DNA of 35,524 nucleotides from a virus (lineage: Duplodnaviria > Caudoviricetes): positions 1 to 35,524 of the IMG/VR virus record IMGVR_UViG_3300031857_011941, one strand, 5' to 3'. Every line of letters starts with the position of its first letter. Position 1 is the stretch's first letter. Made by a program: the position numbers and the translations under genes. This document shows positions 32,899 to 35,524 of the stretch, piece after piece. The notes beneath the pieces were generated by a model. It was not told where the DNA came from, did no database searches, and saw nothing but the letters and a program-made list of their open reading frames with translations.

Positions 32899-35490
32899 TT
32901 ATCTAGCTAGTTGTTGGCTGTGTGTTCTTCTGCGCAATGCGCCAATTCTAGTGACTTCGTTAAGCAAGCGACTGCGCTGTGCATCAGCTGACTCACTGAG
33001 TTGTCCAGAAAACTGACGGTTGATGTATTTTTTAATAAACGCAACGTCATCCTTGGTCTGCACAGTTTCTAGCATTTTTTTCACCTGCTTGATTGTTTCA
33101 GCAACAGGTTGTGCCTTGGCTGCGGCAGCAATACGTGCCTGCAACTTTGCTTGTTCATCTGGAGTTGCGCCACCTGATGTGACTTTAGGTGTCTTTGGTG
33201 TGGTAGGAGCCGCAGGTGCGCCAGGCGCTTTAAATGTAGTAGTGGTCTTGCCGTATCCAGTGGGACCAGCGCCAAAGTTAGCAGTCTTTGCAGGAGCTTT
33301 TGTAGCTGTCTTGGCATACTTCTCCATACCAGGCATTTGCATTACATTGGTAGCATTAAACGACGCTGTGTTATTTGGTTGTGTAATCTTACCTGGCGCA
33401 GGAGTAGTACCAGTTGCTGGCGGCAATCCAGCAGTTGGGCCGCCAGTAAGTGCAGGTTGTTGTGCTCCGCCCGCTGCCGAGATTTGTGCGGGTGTTGCTC
33501 CTGAACCATACATTCGTGCCAGTTTTTCTTTTTCGTACGGCTTACCAGTGTCTGGATCAATAGCATTGATTTCACCAGTCTGAATACCAGCACCACGTTG
33601 CGGTGCAGGCGTACCATTGGGAACTGTTGCTGGTGCTGTGTAAGGAATACCCATCTTGCTGTATACATCAGTGATAACACCTTGTGGTACACCTTGCTTG
33701 GCCAAGAAATCCGCAAGGTAATCTGAATCAGTTTGGTGCCCTTGTTGTTCCCACTCTGTTTTTAGTTTAGCGGCTGTGATCTTGCGTGTGAAGTTCTGTG
33801 CTTGTTTGCTGAGATAGCCGCCAACTTTGCCAGCAGTTTTGTCCAGCCAGTTAAGACCCTTGCCAATCATTCCAGGCTTTACTGCTCCGGCTTGTGGTGC
33901 ATCGGGCATGTCTTGACGAGGCACAGCAGGTATATTTGTACGATTAGGACCCATTGCGTCAAGTTCTTTTAACAACGAACGACGATGACGATCAACGTTT
34001 TCGATCACGGTCAACACACCCTTGTGTGTCAAGTGTATGTTGCGAGCAGGTGCACGGCCCGTGCTTTCGTTTAGAGCCCAGGCCATCACGGTGAGTTTCT
34101 GATCAATCAACTGCTCGGCTGGCAGCTTGAGCAACCGTACAGCAGGTAACCAACTTTCCTGTACCGGGTTTGAAAATTCTTGTGGGTTAAAATTCTTAAT
34201 GTAGGCTTTGCCGTTAACTATGTAGGCAGTAACATCCTGTCCAGCATAGTTAACTGGAACTGTTTCAAGACCGGGACCAAGTCTTGGCTGAATACCACCC
34301 GATGGGAAAGCATAAGCCTGTACTTCTCTTCCGTCTGGCAGAGTCAATGTACCACTGTTTCCGCCATCGGGAAAAGACAATAAAGGTCCTGAAGGTGTCG
34401 TGGGCACTGCGGCGTCTACAGCGGCACCTCCGCCCAACGGTTCTGGGCTCATACCTGCTGTTTGGCCACCACCGCCTGCGCCTGGCGCCTTGTCTCCATA
34501 CATGCCGCCCTTGTAGTCTGCCCACAAACTACCTTGTCCTGGAGTACCCGCAGCAGGTAAATTAATTTCTTGTCCTTGCTGCAATGCTTTGGAAAAATCA
34601 ATATCTGGATTTGCCGCACGAATTAATTCAGGTGTGGTACCTTGAGCCTGGGCAATAAAGCCCAGTTGGTCTCCCTTGACTATGGTGTATGTTCCGCCTC
34701 CTGCACCAGGTACAGGTGGAGTATTACTAGGATCATTATAGAAATCTGGATCGCCTGCTGGTAGCGGAGTGTCATTATAGAAATCTGGATCGCCTTGTGG
34801 TAAAGGAGTGTCATTGTAAAAATCTGGATCGCCTTGTGGACCACTTGGTGTAGACAACAGGTCCTGAATTTCTTGTGCGCCAAGACCCATGAGTGCGGCG
34901 CCTATGCCCTTGCCAATGATACTGGATAGTTTTTCGCCTTTGATGGCAGCATCGATAGCAGCGGTAACACCAGCAATAACAGGCAACCCTGCACCGCCTG
35001 TGGCTAGGCCAGCCAAGGCAATCAGTGCTGTCTTAACAAACAACTGTGTCTTAGGATATTCTTTGGCCAGCAGTCGATACTTCTTGATTGAATCCATGAC
35101 CTTGCTGTTGGGACCAAGTTTATCACGCAACGCACCAGTAGCATCATTATAGGCAGCATCAACTCCAGCAACAGGAGTAGACTTAGTGATAGAACTTAAA
35201 ACACTGTTTATGGCATCCTTGGTAGAATTATATGCACCTGATACAGCATCTTTACTTCGGCCCAACGCTGTACGATTTTGTCCAGAGGCATTGGCACCTG
35301 CTTCGATGGCCGCAAACAAGTCAAGAATTTCTTTCTCGCTCATCTTGCGTTCAGCCAACATGCGACTTAGATTATGGAACTTGCGATAAGTTACATCTTC
35401 TTTTAGCAATTTGTTGTGACGGCTCTCACTAAAAAACTGTCGGGTGTTACCAACTACAGTGTAGGTTGTGAATAATTGATCTACTATCAT
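32899..35490 (-). CDS. large LysM-domain, Pro/Ala/Gly-rich protein, probably virion-associated
   Basis: TYTIVKGDQLGFIAQAQGTTPELIRAANPDI...LQQGQEINLP is a LysM; glycine-rich hydrophobic segment; low-complexity linkers. Confidence 0.7.
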   Translation of the reverse strand: MIVDQLFTTYTVVGNTRQFFSESRHNKLLKEDVTYRKFHNLSRMLAERKMSEKEILDLFAAIEAGANASGQNRTALGRSKDAVSGAYNSTKDAINSVLSSITKSTPVAGVDAAYNDATGALRDKLGPNSKVMDSIKKYRLLAKEYPKTQLFVKTALIALAGLATGGAGLPVIAGVTAAIDAAIKGEKLSSIIGKGIGAALMGLGAQEIQDLLSTPSGPQGDPDFYNDTPLPQGDPDFYNDTPLPAGDPDFYNDPSNTPPVPGAGGGTYTIVKGDQLGFIAQAQGTTPELIRAANPDIDFSKALQQGQEINLPAAGTPGQGSLWADYKGGMYGDKAPGAGGGGQTAGMSPEPLGGGAAVDAAVPTTPSGPLLSFPDGGNSGTLTLPDGREVQAYAFPSGGIQPRLGPGLETVPVNYAGQDVTAYIVNGKAYIKNFNPQEFSNPVQESWLPAVRLLKLPAEQLIDQKLTVMAWALNESTGRAPARNIHLTHKGVLTVIENVDRHRRSLLKELDAMGPNRTNIPAVPRQDMPDAPQAGAVKPGMIGKGLNWLDKTAGKVGGYLSKQAQNFTRKITAAKLKTEWEQQGHQTDSDYLADFLAKQGVPQGVITDVYSKMGIPYTAPATVPNGTPAPQRGAGIQTGEINAIDPDTGKPYEKEKLARMYGSGATPAQISAAGGAQQPALTGGPTAGLPPATGTTPAPGKITQPNNTASFNATNVMQMPGMEKYAKTATKAPAKTANFGAGPTGYGKTTTTFKAPGAPAAPTTPKTPKVTSGGATPDEQAKLQARIAAAAKAQPVAETIKQVKKMLETVQTKDDVAFIKKYINRQFSGQLSESADAQRSRLLNEVTRIGALRRRTHSQQLAR
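34733..34839 (-). repeat. 39-bp in-frame tandem repeat, about 3 copies (P[Q/A]GDPDFYNDTPL)
   Basis: TCATT...AAATCTGGATCGCCT recurs at 34733, 34772 and 34811. Confidence 0.9.
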
Positions 35491-35491
35491 T

Positions 35492-35524
35492 TCAACGTTC
35501 TTCCAAATAATCTTGATTGCCTTG
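35492..35524 (-). CDS. C-terminal fragment of an upstream gene (...QGNQDYLEER*)
   Basis: Open frame from the right edge ending in TGA one base before the next ATG. Confidence 0.5.
   Translation of the reverse strand, partial: QGNQDYLEER

Noticed and set aside
34733-34839. 39-bp repeats as a CRISPR array
   Set aside because: The repeats are head-to-tail with no unique spacers, are in frame in a CDS, and no cas genes are present
1-35524. Stop-codon reassignment, tRNA genes, integrase/transposase or reverse transcriptase systems
   Set aside because: Genes tile densely in the standard code, and no cloverleaf, recombinase or RT motifs were seen by eye

Overview
A 35.5-kb fragment of a large dsDNA tailed phage with T4-like replication genes, almost all on the minus strand and intact in the standard genetic code. 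It carries a family B DNA polymerase, a probable sliding clamp, a DsbA-like protein, an RNase H/5'-3' exonuclease and a MazG-like pyrophosphohydrolase. The central ~13.5 kb holds a 7-deazaguanine DNA-modification pathway: a TGT/DpdA-like transglycosylase, FolE, QueD, QueE and a second T-fold protein with the LxxxHRHxF motif of DpdL-type CDG decarboxylases. No QueC or QueF is visible in the window. These genes are interleaved with sugar-handling genes (GT-B and GT-A glycosyltransferases, GalE, DegT-like PLP enzyme, methyltransferase, cytidylyltransferase, SGNH proteins), an adenylate-forming enzyme, a radical SAM protein and a PD-(D/E)xK endonuclease. The most notable non-coding element is a preQ1-I-like pseudoknot with a Shine-Dalgarno-sequestering hairpin directly upstream of queD, a candidate phage riboswitch possibly sensing CDG or 7-deazaguanine. 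Two other structured intergenic RNAs, seven sigma70-type promoters, TAAATA late-type promoters with apparently leaderless genes and a palindromic AT-rich array are also present. All product calls come from motif recognition by eye; no database search was run.
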